64,000 bases of DNA from Amoeboaphelidium protococcarum X5 (GCA_023515725.1 JALDTO010000155.1:655147-719146), one strand, 5' to 3'. Counted from the stretch's first letter, positions 24,910 to 40,008 are shown. Translations and numbers: made by a program. Notes: generated by a model not told the origin, from the letters alone.

Positions 24910-24975
24910 AGACACTTTAGCCATATTTTATGGCTAATCTTTTGACTTTAGCCAGAAAATGTGGCTAAAGTATCT
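24910..24975. repeat. Nested palindrome built from four alternating TTAGCCA/TGGCTAA units
   Basis: Outer arms AGACACTTTAGCCATATTTT and AAAATGTGGCTAAAGTATCT pair at 18 of 20 positions; inner TGGCTAA...TTAGCCA. Confidence 0.75.
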
Positions 24976-26047
24976 CATCTTTCGAGGCTGCCGAATTCGC
25001 ACTTGAAGTACGACTTTATAGATTTTTGATGGTCGACTTCATAGTTCTATCAAGTCCTATAGTGTTGAGAATGTTATAAGGTGGCACTATAGTTGACTGA
25101 TTGAGCCGTAATAGCCGCGCATGGTCAAAACTGAAGTTCAAACACCGGGAACAGGGTCACAGCTTAATTGTGGGTCATTTTCATTGGTACCATTCTGATG
25201 CGCATTCAAAAATATACCTCCTCTCTAAATATTAACGAGTTATAACGGTGAGCATATGCGGGTTTGCGAAGTCTGCCAAATGACCAGAGTTGTAAATAAT
25301 CTCGCTGATGCGAGCTCACACAAAGCCAATTGGCTCTAGCTTAGATTGAAGGAGAGCAACTCAAATTTTACCACTGAAAGTATAGACATTTAATTAGCTA
25401 CTATTTCAGACTATAGACTGAATCCAAAATTAACTAAAAGAATGACGCAAGGAACAGCACTGGGCGACTGTAGTCGTCAGAGCCAAATGGCCCTGATGCG
25501 CGCTTAGACAGGTAATCGAACATTTACAGATGGCTGCTGCGAGTTCACCATAATGTTAACAGACAAAAGCATGGAATAAAACACTTTGTGGAAAGTTTAT
25601 AACATAAAGTTTTTTAACATCGTCTTAAAGGTTAGAACAATGTGACTCATGTTAAGAGTAAAGTAAGAGGGTGAAGTAAATATGATATACAGTATACCAA
25701 GTATACAGTATGTATACTTATTTAAAATCCTGTTCGATAAGAAAGCAGCGTGAGTGCGTGAAACGCGTCAATGCAGTTTCATCTCAACACTGTTAACTAA
25801 CGAAAACTCCCAAGTTGATGAATAAATCGCGGCAAGTCTCAAGACACATCCAAAGCCTATGTGTGGCACGCAGCAACCATGCCCGCTGTGCTCTTCCGTA
25901 GTTGAGTATAAGTCATTGTCTATCTTCAAACCTTTTCCCATCAGTATTCTATCTCTAACCGACATAGAGTCCAAAGACGCAAAGCTCGATAAATAAGATC
26001 ACAAAGCAAATATATTTATTCAAACTACCAGCGATACATCATGCATC

Positions 26048-27381
26048 TCATAAACCTGCAATCCCACTCAACATCTCAATGTCACGCGTGCACATTTGCA
26101 AAAACTCCTATTCTGACATTTGACTTGCCAACTTTGCGTGTCCGAAATCAATTAAGAGCAGCTAATCTCCCTTCCACATTATATTACGCGGTGCAACGTC
26201 ACCATGAGCTACGCCATTTTAATGAATTGACTATAATGAATTAATCAACTGCGAATAATGTGCTTTTATGTCAGCCACAGTAGATACACGTTCCAAGCGC
26301 TCTATCATTATCGCCTCAATCCAGCCATCAATCGACAGACGCGCCAACAATCTCGGAATGACAGTACCTTGCAATCTAGATAGCTTCAGATAACATTAAT
26401 TCTCATAATCGATGGCATCTACTTTTAAATGTTCTGGATCCTTGGTAGAATCAGCCATTTTCAACACCAACTAATGCGATCTAATTTCGGTTGGCCTATT
26501 ACCATCGGATCTAAATAAAGTATGGATACCACCAAAGACTACTGAAGACAAATCAGAACCGCCAACAACTTGTTCGAAATATACTTCATGAAGGTTGACG
26601 CTCTCAACTACGGAAAGGTCAAATTCATGTTTGCGCATCATAACAGGAGTGGTGTATGGAGACGCGTACATGCATTGATCTTTATTTTCACAGAGCTAAA
26701 ACATGGCACATACAGCCTCCATCAACGTGAATGGCGCATTTTAATCACGATGCACGGCGCTACTTACCTCCAACTTACTTTACTATCTCCCATCAAATCC
26801 ACCTCGACGCAGAAAGAAGAACTTATCAGCCGTACAAATTATTCCATATCTGTTATGATTAACAGACATGTAACCATATTCTTGCCGCAGCACCTTTTTC
26901 TTAATCTCGCCTTAATGAGTGAAATCAACAAGATCATCATCCACATCGAAAGCCCACATTGTCTTGATCTCAATCGGCAAGATGCAGCGGCAGCTAGGGT
27001 CGTCCCAATACTACAAAATAAGATCAGGATGGAGCCCCACAGCTGGAGTGATATCTTAATGAATCACGGACCCACCCAAGGATTAGTTAATGAATTTAGC
27101 AATAAAAAAACGCGATCAATCAGATAATGTTTTACAGTTGCCTCACTACCGACCATGACTGTACGCTAGTCAATTTTAATTTGGCAATCCATATCCAAAT
27201 GCGGCTATGTATATTTCCTATATGGTATCATGACATCTTGATCAAAGGATTTCCATAATTTCAACTCAACGCCCACCAATTCACGAGGATTACTGGGTGC
27301 AGATAGCTAGGTATCGGTGCGCTTTGAACTGATCACTGTGCTCGCAGGTGTATGTCGCAATAAATCACGCAGTAGAGTCAT
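26048..27381 (-). pseudogene. Crinkler-type PD-(D/E)XK nuclease plus protein kinase fusion; single -1 frame break at 27103-27110 (pseudogene, assembly error or programmed frameshift)
   Basis: HPDLIL...LPIEIKTMW...QEYGYM...YGIICT (nuclease); LVLKMAD...ENQCYLKLSRLQGTVIPRL...HGDVAPRNIM...LIDFGHA (kinase). Confidence 0.75.
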
Positions 27382-27732
27382 TATTAATACGATAATTGGT
27401 AACAATGTGAAGAGAAAAGAAAGCGAATTAATTGAAGACTGGCCAATCCTTAGCGGTGATTGGACGCATCGCAGAGTTGCCAATCGCTGACAATGCGCGT
27501 GTTTTCGTTGATAAATACGGGGCCTGAGTTTGCACTTTAGCGCTCAAGTTGAGACAAAATCTGCGCTGGTAGATTCTAATTAGATCGCGCGTCGTCGTTC
27601 GACTTTTCCTGATCGACACGAACGAACGTTGCGACAACGACAGTTTGATTTTGATTTTGGTTAGCAATCCGTGTTCAATCTATTTACCAGTAATAAGACA
27701 GGATAGAAAGCTGTAATCTTTATAGTAATAAC

Positions 27733-29531
27733 ATGCCCCAGATGAGTACCGAAGCAGTGTAAGTATTCGTGTATAATTTACGTTTGGTCAATTTCTTCCA
27801 TTGGTAAACCCATTTGTGTAGAGCTGATTTTGGATTAATTGGTTTGGCCGTTATGGTATGCTCACTATATATATGTGTTTACATGACTCTCAACTTGAGG
27901 TTCAATTAATAAAACGCTCTGTCTATGTAGGGTCAAAACTTGATTTTGAATATGAACGATCATGGCTATGTGGTATTAATACACGCTCCAAATTGAAGAT
28001 AATGACATGAACTTCAATTGTTGTATGTAGGTGTGCGCTTACAACAGAACCGTGGAGAAGGTTGACCATTTCTTGCAGAACGAAGCCAAAGGTAATTATC
28101 ACGTCATTTATATAGACTTAGAATCCAAATCTTAATTTTATACGCTATTGTGTGGGTAGGTACCAAGATTGTTGGTGCACATAGTATTCAGGAGTTGTGT
28201 AAGAAGTTGAAGCGTCCACGTAAAGTGATGCTCTTGGTCAAAGCTGGACAGCCTGTTGATGACTTTATTCAGCAGTTGGTGCCATATTTGGAGAAGGGTG
28301 ACATAATTATTGACGGTGGTAATTCGTACTATATAGACACCATGAGACGCTGCAAGGACTTGGAGTCTAAAGGCTTCCTGTTCGTTGGCTGTGGTGTCTC
28401 TGGCGGTGAAGAAGGTGCTCGTTACGGCCCAAGTCTGATGCCTGGTGGTAGTCCTGACGCATGGTATGATATAAAAACTCTTTATCTTTTTGATAACAAT
28501 ATGCGCTATTGTATCGCTATCATTTTTTTGTATGTAGGCCTCATCTTAAGCCAATTCTGTAAGCTGTGGCTGCCAAGGTTGACGGAGAACCGTGCTGTGA
28601 CTGGGTCGGTGAGACCGGAGCCGGTCATTACGTCAAGATGGTCCATAACGGTATTGAGTATGGTGACATGTAGCTGACAGCTGAGGCTTATCATCTGATG
28701 CGCGATGGATTGAAGATGACTTATGATGAGATGGCTGCCACTTTTGTCGAATGGAATAAGGGAGAATTGGATTCGTTCCTGATCGACATCACCAAGGATA
28801 TCTTGGCTTATCGCAAGGATAGATAGCCTCTGGTGGAGAAGATACGCGATGCTGCCGGCTAGAAAGGTACTGGTAAGTGGACCGTGCAGAGTGCCCTTGA
28901 TTAAGGCACTCCGGTGACGCTAATCGGAGAGGCTGTGTTTGCTAGATGTTTATCATCGTTGAAGGATGAGCGTGTTCGTGCCAGCAAAATCTTGAGTGGT
29001 CCTGAGAATCAATTTTCTGGTGATAAGAAGCAGTTTGTGGAAGATATTCGCCAGGCTCTGTTCGCCTCAAAGATCATATCGTATGCTCAGGGGTTCATGC
29101 TGTTCAGAGAAGCTGCTAAGGAGCACAAGTGGAATCTCAACTTTGCAGGTATTGCTCTGATGTGGCGTGGTGGCTGCATCATTCGCAGCGCCTTCTTGAA
29201 CGACATCAAGAATGCTTTCATGAAGAATAAGCAGCTAGAGTGCCTGCTGTATGATGATTTCTTTAAGAATGCCATCAATCGCTGTCAGATGTCATGGCGC
29301 CGTGTTGTTTCTTAAGCATCACTAATTGGTATTCCTGTGCCTGCGTTTAGCACTGCTCTAGCATTTTATGATGGGTACCGTACCGCACGTCTGCCTGCTA
29401 ACTTGATCCAGGCTCAGCGTGACTATTTTGGTGCTCACACGTTTGAGCTAGTCGACCAACCTGGCACGTATGTCCATGAGAACTGGACTGGACGCGGTGG
29501 AAATGTCTCTGCCTCCACTTACAATGTGTGA
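27733..29531 (+). CDS. GND1: 6-phosphogluconate dehydrogenase, decarboxylating; introns 27759-27821, 27856-27930, 27973-28030, 28092-28159, 28464-28537
   Basis: [11 protein letters not shown]|GQNLILNM...IDGGNS...[19 protein letters not shown]...[15 protein letters not shown]...AGQKGTGKW...[11 protein letters not shown]. Confidence 0.98.
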
Positions 29532-29638
29532 TTATATTACTGCACTTTGGAAGTCTAGTTGTAGTGATATTGCTTAAAGTGATATGAAATGAAATCAAAA
29601 GTCAATCTTAAAATTAATTACATGCTATTCTATTAAAT

Positions 29639-30583
29639 TCAAGCGATATTATTTAAACATTAGTTTATTGACAATAATGAAGAGCGACCAATAATTCTCC
29701 TGCAAAGCATCTAGCTAAGTAAATCAGTCATCTATTCAGAAAGATTAATCTAATTCCTGTTAGATCGTAACTAAATCAAGTTGCCAGCCAGTACATTTTT
29801 TGGATTACCATAGGGTGGTTAAGCGTGCAGCATTGTATATAACACAGTGCCGAGAGCCCAGACATCAGCCATTTCTGCAAAGTAAGGAGTGCCGAGCAGA
29901 ACCTCAGGAGGAGCAAACTCCAGAGTGCCATAGAACCTGTCGAATGGTTTATTGTGATCAGCGACGATGTGTGCAGAGCCAAAGTCAATCAGTTTAACCT
30001 GGAAATCCTTGTCAACCACAATGTTCTCATCCTTGATATCCATGTGGTAGACGTTCATAGTCTTCAGGTATGATAGAGCAGACACCACTTGACGCATAAT
30101 GTGGGCAGCCACAGACTCTTGAAGCGGACCAAGCTTCTCTATACACTCGAATAGGTCGGTAGATGACGTGGAAGACGTTGACGCAACAGATTTCTCATCG
30201 TCCGAAGCCGATGACGACGACGACGATTGCGATGACGTATCGCTCTCAGCCAGCTACTTAAGATTCCACTGGGAACCATGACCATGCAGCTCAGTGACAA
30301 TGTAAAAATAACGATCATCTTCGTGGAAATCAACCAGTTTTATAATGTTTGGATGACTTATCCTCCTAAGAACGTAAACCTCCATTGGCACACATCGACA
30401 GGTTCCAGTTGACTCGTTCATCTCGATTGCAAGTCTAGAGTCGGGCACCTTGGACTTTCGCACAACTTTGATAGCACATGGAACACCATCAGACCGCCGG
30501 CAGCCAGCATATACAGCACCAGTAGCACCCTTACCAAGCAGGTGATCAATAGCGTAGAGCTGAGACAAAATAGCAGAAGACAT
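29639..30583 (-). CDS. Ser/Thr protein kinase, PASK/PIM-like (kinase domain only)
   Basis: LGKGATGAV, AIK, VPMEV, VTELHG...DLFECIE, HMDIKDEN, LIDFGSA, FYGTLEFAPPE, DVWALG. Confidence 0.88.
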
Positions 30584-30795
30584 GATAGCTGACGGATAAC
30601 CAATAAGTATATAATAATGTATAAACAGCGTATATCAGAATCGTTCTCTCAAAGTATACGGAGCAGACTGAGATTCAAAGCCTGTACTGTTTTCGACTGT
30701 GTATGTTTGTACCAAACACTATATGTATGTACACAAACACTGGAGCTATATATCCGAGTGTATGTGAGTGTATACGAGAGGATATATAGACAGAA

Positions 30796-30812
30796 TATAT
30801 ATATATATATAT
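30796..30812. repeat. (AT)n microsatellite
   Basis: ATATATATATATATAT run upstream of the kinase gene. Confidence 0.6.
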
Positions 30813-31407
30813 AAAAATGAATGTATGAATAAATGATGTTCTTGTTCTAAACAGAGAGAAGGAGTGAGTGAAGATGATGAAAGATGGTGAGATGCGGCAG
30901 ATTTGTTTTGTAAAGATCCATTTTGTGTCGGAGAGATCATTTAGGCTGTTCCAGACTGCATCGGAGATTCTGTGGTGACTCACTCCGACCATAAAGGTCC
31001 CGCAGACGATCCATCGCGATCCAAAATCTGCGGTGATTCACAAAAAAGGCCGATCAAGATAAGCGAGTATCTCGATGAGAGTCATCTCAGTCCGGGCGGA
31101 TGTCGTTTTGAGGCTGCGGATTGCTGGTCTGGGCTTTCGGCTCGGATATAAGTGTGGGAATTACGTGTGAATGACCATAGATTTTTAGATGATGATATCC
31201 ATGGTGGAATTACTTTTACATCATTGTGCGACACGATTAATCACTAACTTTATATTTCCGAGCGTTTGTTTGTTCGACGATCGATTTTGAAGATCACTTG
31301 CAGATTCCACCAAGATTTTAGATTGAAACAGTTACATTAATCGCTGGAAGTGTATAGTGTGATATCATTATTTATTAGCCAAATGTTGTTCACTATTAGG
31401 ATATACT

Positions 31408-34032
31408 TCAATTTTCTTGTCTCTTTGCTTTTCTAATCGCGTTTCTGGCCTCATCAACTAGCTTTTATGGCTCCAACTTGTACGTGTACAACTTCTCATT
31501 GGCATCCACGAGATTAAACATTCTCTCAGAGTAATGCATCGCCAAGTAGTATACTTTAGACAGCTTGCCGCCATTAAATCTGATACACCTCTTCTGCAAA
31601 TCCATGAAACCCAAAAACTCCTGATTGTACAGCATTTTTAGTGCAATCGATTTGACTTGAGATTCTGGAATGTCAAATTTGGTCTAAAGGTCGGATAAAC
31701 TCAGAGTGTCATAGAAGTCGCCAGCTTTGAGCAGGTAAGTCTTCAGAGCCTGAGTTTTGATATTCTTGGTCAAGTGAGATTTCACTTCATCACGATCGCC
31801 CAGAACATTCCACACGTTTAGACCACACAGCAAGTCTGAACAACCGCGCCAGTCGCCATCAGCCAACAGTCTCGCAGCTTCAAATACAGAATCGCGAAAG
31901 CTCTCAGCCGGTCCACGCGTTAGTGAAGACGCGTACTGGTCATATAATCTCTTGAAATGTCTGCTGTAGAATCTCTTTCTCAGCTCATAAGATTGTGCAG
32001 ACATTTAAGGAATTTCAAGCAGCAGAGTCACAGAGAGCTGGATGACTTCCAACAATTCCAAGTCAATGTGTTAATGGAATGGAATAACAGCAACCTTCTC
32101 TCTCTTGTTGTCCTATTCCAATGCCAAATACTTGCTCAACTAAGTACCTTGAGCCAGCAGATCTTTCGTTTTCAGAGATCCCATAATGTCGTTGAGGGCA
32201 TTGTAAGACTCTTGGAAATGTCCCAATCTGAAAGCTGCAATACCAATCTGTGCCATAACACGATTGAACAGGACTTGAGTGCTGAGCTCTTGTGTGGATA
32301 TGCTATCGCCCAGCTAGAAAGATAATAACAGATTTCTCGCTTATTAATACTTGCCATGTAATGCCAGATAGTACGCATGCTACAACAACACTTTGACTCT
32401 GATTTTATCTTATGAATGACTAATGACGCTAGAACATATTTGGTGGATATAATTATCAGCCGCAGCAGTATCTCTCACGTTCTGATCCAACTTCACGATC
32501 AGATCATTCTTCTTGTAGTACAAGTGATCCAACTTCAGAATCTGCAAAAGAACAACATCATCCTTATCCTATCTAGACTGGCAATATGCTTCTGTTCTGC
32601 AAATCATCTGATACATCGATGCCTCTTCACTCAATCGCTTGATATACTCCGTCAATGTGGATGCACCAGCCTGCAAATTCTTCTCAAACTCATTATCCAA
32701 TCTGCTTATGATAGACACGAGATTACCCTTGATAACACGACGGTTCTGAGTTGTCTCATCTTCATCTTTCGCTTCAAACCACTCTTCACCATTTTCACTC
32801 AGAGATAAATGTTGATTCTGCTCTAATGCATCCAATAGCTGAGAGACTTCCTGCTTAATTTTCAGCACATTATCAACGCTCATATTTACATTGGTGACAA
32901 CATTGAAATCGAGCCTGGCGGATATCAGAGAGAGTAAGACTTTCACCTTCTTCACAGGATTATCAGCCATGGCCAACATCAGTTCCAATTGCTTCATCTG
33001 AGCAACCTTGTCAGTTCCCTTCTTACCGCGAGATTCCAGTAGTAAACGCAAACGCTCATACAAATTCTCAGGAGTCAATTCTTCAACCTTCTTCTCCGGC
33101 TATTACTATTGCTACTTCTAATCGCCACCTTCTTCCGGTTTCTACGCTGCTGCAGATGGTTTAGTAACCTGCTTTGTCTTCTTGGCAGGTGTGGCTGATG
33201 GAGTTTTGGCAAAGGCAGACGGAGTTGTGGATGTAGTCTTTTTCCATCTAGAAGCTATGCCGCTATCCTACTTTTAACCATCCTTCCCTACATCTTGATC
33301 TTCATCAGATTCCTCTTCCTCAGTCTGTTCCTCCTCTTCTTCATCAGTCTCACTGACAGACTTGAAGAAGGCATTTCCACCAGACTGCTGCTTCTTCTTC
33401 TTAGGAGCCAGTTCATCAGCAGATGTCTCCTCTTCAGATTCAGTACTATCCACCTGACGCGATGATGCACCGGAAGCCTTATAAGATTCAATCTCATCCT
33501 CCAGTGGCTACATCACCTTTCTCACCTTGGTCTTGATGGCGACAACACTCTTCTAATCAGCAGAGTTGAGAGATGACTACTTACTATCCTAACCAAGAGT
33601 ATCCTTTGCATAGGCATCCAAATCCAAAAGACACTACAGGAACAGTCTAGGATATCCATGATCTCTGATAATGTTATTCAAATGCTTATTGATGAGTTTC
33701 ATCAGACGATCGAATTCAGAGACAACTCTGGCATACTCATCTTCATCCATAGACGCGTCAATACTGCCGACGATGGCTTTAACTTCATCGTCAAACTTGT
33801 CTTTGGCACTCTTCACCACTCTCTTTCTTCCATCATCAGAGTCATCGTCACTGTCAGCTTCATTACGAAGAAACTTGCTAAATGCAGAAGTCTTCTATGG
33901 CTATTGTTGGGTTTACTACTACTGCTATTATTGCACTTCCTGTTCATCAACAGAAAATTCACTCTCAGTCTCGCTCTCGGTAAAACTATCACTCTCAGAA
34001 TCACTAGCACCACCTCTAAAAAATCTTGACAT
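31408..34032 (-). CDS. NIP1: Translation initiation factor eIF3 subunit c
   Basis: MSRFFRGGASDSES; VVKSAKDKF; ESRGKKGTDK; LISARLDF; GPAESFRDSV; KTYLL; single frame ending at TGA 31408. Confidence 0.95.
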
Positions 34033-34633
34033 AAGGTGCTTTTTATTATTCGGTGAATAAAATTATTACGTATTGTTAAATAGAGATCTAAATTATTTAA
34101 ATATAAGAGAGAGGTTCTCTTTCAGATCAGACTGATGTCACCAGAACGAGAGAAGTTGAGCGCGAAAAGAGAAAATCGAAAAAGTGACCGAAATCCGTCG
34201 ACTCGCACGCGACCACTTTGATGCTTTTGAAATGTAAATTTAGTGTGTGATGTGTCATGTTTATCGTTGTACTGTACGCGTCTAATTAATTCCTTACTCT
34301 TTGTACTTTATAGTCTGTCTCTGCTATAACAAGAGTGAAGATAAGCACCCACAGCTGCCTACAGTCAATAATAAAAGTCGCGCATGATCTTGAACCATCC
34401 AATCAGCGTACTTGATAGGCTTTCCTTCCTTCTGCGTTCAAATTTCTTTTCAGTGTCATCTCAGTCAGTCAGACAGTCGCGTAAATTTTAGTCCTTTACA
34501 GCTGTCGAATCTATTTCTTTTCTCTTAATCACAGAATTGTCAGAAGAAATATCGCGATTACATCTGACAGAAGTTATAAGCATTGCCTGTTTATCTATCA
34601 GCTCTAAATATAATAATTTAAATAATATAGTGA

Positions 34634-35800
34634 ATGATGGTGGCGGGTACTAATTATGTCTAGAGTGCAGAAGATGAATAGGAGTGGCTGTCTGCGTATT
34701 CGGCACTGATGAAAGGTTGGATTATAAGTGGAGTGTTTGCATGGCTTGCCATTGTGCTCTCTACCATACTCATATATAGACATTTGAAGAATTTTACAAA
34801 ACCAGAGTACTAACGACATATAGTGAGGATTCTGCTTATGGTCCCTGTATATTCACTCTGTGCATGGCTTAATTACAGATATGTGTCAATTGGATTGTGG
34901 TTGGACTTTATTCGATCCTGCTTTGAAGCTTTTGTTATTTATGAGTTCTTTGTACTACTGCTTGCGTATTTGGGTGCAGATGAATAGGAGTAGAGGCGGT
35001 TACTATCTAATAAATCTGAGATGAAGCATCTACCTCCATTCTAATGTTATTACTATGATCCATCGCGGCCTTATTTTCTCATGGACATAAAGTTGATGGT
35101 GCTTTAGTACGTGGTTATCTAGCCTCTGACTGTCGTGATTTCTATATTCCTGGAAGCTTATGGTCTTTACCGGGCAGAGTCTATGAGCCCAATGTATGGA
35201 AATTTCTGGATTGTCACCATCAACTTTATATCCACGTCGCTGGCCATGTATGCTCTAATTATATTCTTTCTCACCATCAGAGATAACATTCGAGAGTATA
35301 AGCCCATAACTAAATTCTTATCTGTCAAATTTATCGTCTTTATGACATTCTGGTAGTCACTGATCATTGGCGCTTGTGATTTCTTTGGCCTGATTCCAAA
35401 CTCGATATATTATCCATCGGCCAACATTAGTGTTGGTGTGCAGTCTCTACTGCTGTGTGTGGAAATGTTCCTAGCCTCGATTTGGCATCATTCTAATCTC
35501 TGCTTTGGTGTCGGCGACTTCAAGATGGACAGCCGGAGTGGCGAGGGTACCGACGCGTATGATAGTCTAAAGCAGTGTTTTGACCCCACAGATACCATGA
35601 AAGAGATTGTTAAAGGCTCAAAGCACATTTTACGGCGATTCTGGATATACATGAGACGGCCACATACAGAACTTCCTCAAGATGATGTTATAGACTTGTC
35701 CATTGCCGTGGATCTGGAGGAGAGGAATCTCATGTCGGCATAGAACAAGGAAGTGATGAGCTTGACTAGCAATCCAGTACATTAAAGAAACTATGATTGA
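34634..35800 (+). CDS. TMEM184 / organic solute transporter alpha family membrane protein
   Basis: HLKNFTKPEYQRHIVRILLMVPVYS...FEAFVIYEFFVLL...LQYVVIQP...SLAMYAL...KPITKFLSVKFIVFMTFWQ...LLCVEM. Confidence 0.92.
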
Positions 35801-35932
35801 TTGAAGTTAACTATGTATAAAATACAATTGATAATAAAACATGATTTATATATATTTACATGAAATGAATTTCTGAACACTGTATGGCTGTTGCTTGGTG
35901 ATATATATTGATTAAGGCTATAATAAGAGGAC

Positions 35933-37265
35933 TCAATCCCAGCAATTACTAACGCATCCTTGACTCCGTTCACAGTAAATCTACATCATCTTAGCATTAG
36001 AATATAATTATTCCAAAAGAAAGTTATAATCTTACCTCTGAAAATCCACAAAAACCAAATCTACTACAGCATAACTTGTTTGGGCAATCATTAAACTCGT
36101 CGCAAGTATATGGCGCAAGAGTACTTTAAACGTGGTTCACAGTGGATGTAAAAGAGAAGGTGGCACTGAGTTCAGTAGTAATCAGACTAGTCAAAGTGAT
36201 CAGTGTACCAGAAGGTTCAGGATTAACTTCCGGCTCTATAGTCGACGTGAACACGAAAGGCACACTAAAAGTAGTGGGAAATTCCAGAACGGTTGTGATG
36301 GGAAGCAGAGATCGACTCACGGTACTAACAATTGTCTCCGTTCTCGGTTCCAGCGTCACAGTCCGAGTAAGAATAGGAGTATCAATCACAGGAATATCAG
36401 TCTATGTTATCGTAGTAGGAGGCAGTTGAGATAATGACGTTGAGGTTTAGATTACCGTCACTGATACAGTCTGAGTCTGAATTTTAGTTTGAGTTTGAGT
36501 CAATGTTTCAGTCGGAAGTTGAGTAGGAATGGTAGAGGTGGAGGTAGTGACAGTTCCAGAACACCCACTAACACATCCATTTTCAGGTAGACAATAATCT
36601 GGAGTGATTCCACAAAAACCAATAGCGCCACAGCACCAGCCATTAACATTACATAGCTAGTTACCAAACTGAGGTCCGCATTGGTAATTTGTCGGGAGAC
36701 AAGCACCAAAATCAATCTAACAGCCTTGATTGATATCACAGTCTGAATCCCCGACACCACAGAGATTATCTGCATTACAGCATGTACCGGGTGGACACTG
36801 TCCTTGACCGACACCACATTACTATGCGACAACAGATACATTACGCGACGGTGAAGCGGCTCCAGGTAGTGGTCTGAACACAAGTTGAGTTTTCGGGAAG
36901 CAGAAGCCACCGCTAAGCTATCGATCGCAGTTGATACCACAAGAGAATGGGTCAGTGGCACAGAATCCAGCAGTATTACAGCAATCTGTCTAACCTCTAC
37001 AACTAGTACTCTCAGTTGAAGTACTTCCACACTAGTCTGCATTCTTATAGCTATTACAAAAACCGTATCCAACTTTACAACCCCTGCCACAGTACGCATT
37101 ACCCGTTCCACAAAAACCTCTAGATGAACAGCATTGAGGGAATTCGCATGTCATATTGCCACGACCACACTCAGCAGCATCGGAGGAGTGAACAGAAAAT
37201 AGCAGCATCCACAAGCAAGAGACTAGGATATATCGAACAAGTGTCCTAAGTTCCATTATCAGCAT
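35933..37265 (-). CDS. Secreted chitin-binding protein: five hevein/CBM18 modules and a Thr/Pro-rich linker; 1 intron near the 3' end
   Basis: Signal peptide; repeated CC-S/N-xxG-F-CG...C...GC modules (QCCSSRGFCGTGNAYCGRGC, WCCGAIGFCGITPDYC, LCCSRFGFCGFSE|IYC). Confidence 0.85.
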
Positions 37266-37971
37266 TAATACTCACTCAGAGACTAATATCATAAAGGTGT
37301 GCTGATTGTTTCAAAATAAAATCTCATTGTTTCATCTTGACGCGTTTCACTTTAATTTTCACAATAACAAACGATTGTTTTGATGGTCTCGTACGCGTCA
37401 TAGTGGACCATTCTCTCACCTTGCTATCAAGATTACAGCGCACATCTCACTTATTAATTTCGGCGATTAGAATGAGTGTATCTGTGCTTGTTGTCATTAA
37501 ACTAAAATGAATAGTAATTGCTCTATATACTGACATATGAAATGAAATGAAAAATCACGCAATTAACTCTTTAATGGTCATATCTGGCGTCTCGAAGTAA
37601 TATGAATCTGGTGAAGTTGCAATGAGCGATTTATCTACTGATACTACACCCGATATTCTATTGACAGAGTCAAGAAGCCTTATAAATGCTTAAATGGTTT
37701 TTGAACAGAGCAAACTCAGATATCGGTGCCAAGCTAAACATTTGATCTGAATTCTCCCAAGCCGTAATTATTCTGAGTCTACCAGCGCCCACCGTCAGCG
37801 GCAACGTGGTAGAAAATTCAACCTTAACCAAGGAAACGCGAGCGCGATTTGTTTCTGCCGATCTTTCTCGCTCCGCCACCACTGGTTGGTTGGCAGTAAA
37901 TGTTTGTGAGTGTTTTTTCACCGCCCGTTTCCCCTTTCTCTCCTCTTTGTAAAACAATCATCCGCACGCTT

Positions 37972-38058
37972 AGAAAAATACAAAAAGTAAGAAAATCATC
38001 ATCATCCTTGTTATAGAATCATACTTTCACATCCTAATATATTATCATTTGTCTGTAG
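37972..38058 (+). promoter_or_regulatory. A-rich PAB1 leader followed by a probable 5'UTR intron (37987-38058)
   Basis: AGAAAAATACAAAAA|GTAAGA...TCTGTAG|AAAATG; 72 nt, same size and GTAG end as the coding introns. Confidence 0.55.
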
Positions 38059-38061
38059 AAA

Positions 38062-40008
<1,947 letters not shown>

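Noticed and set aside
25280-25646. About 120-codon plus-strand frame under table 6
   Set aside because: No recognisable motif, and long chance frames are expected when only TGA stops.
30995-31150. GC-rich stretch with small hairpins, considered as snRNA or hammerhead ribozyme
   Set aside because: No CUGANGA/GAAA core in the right arrangement and no U snRNA or tRNA signature; more likely kinase promoter sequence.
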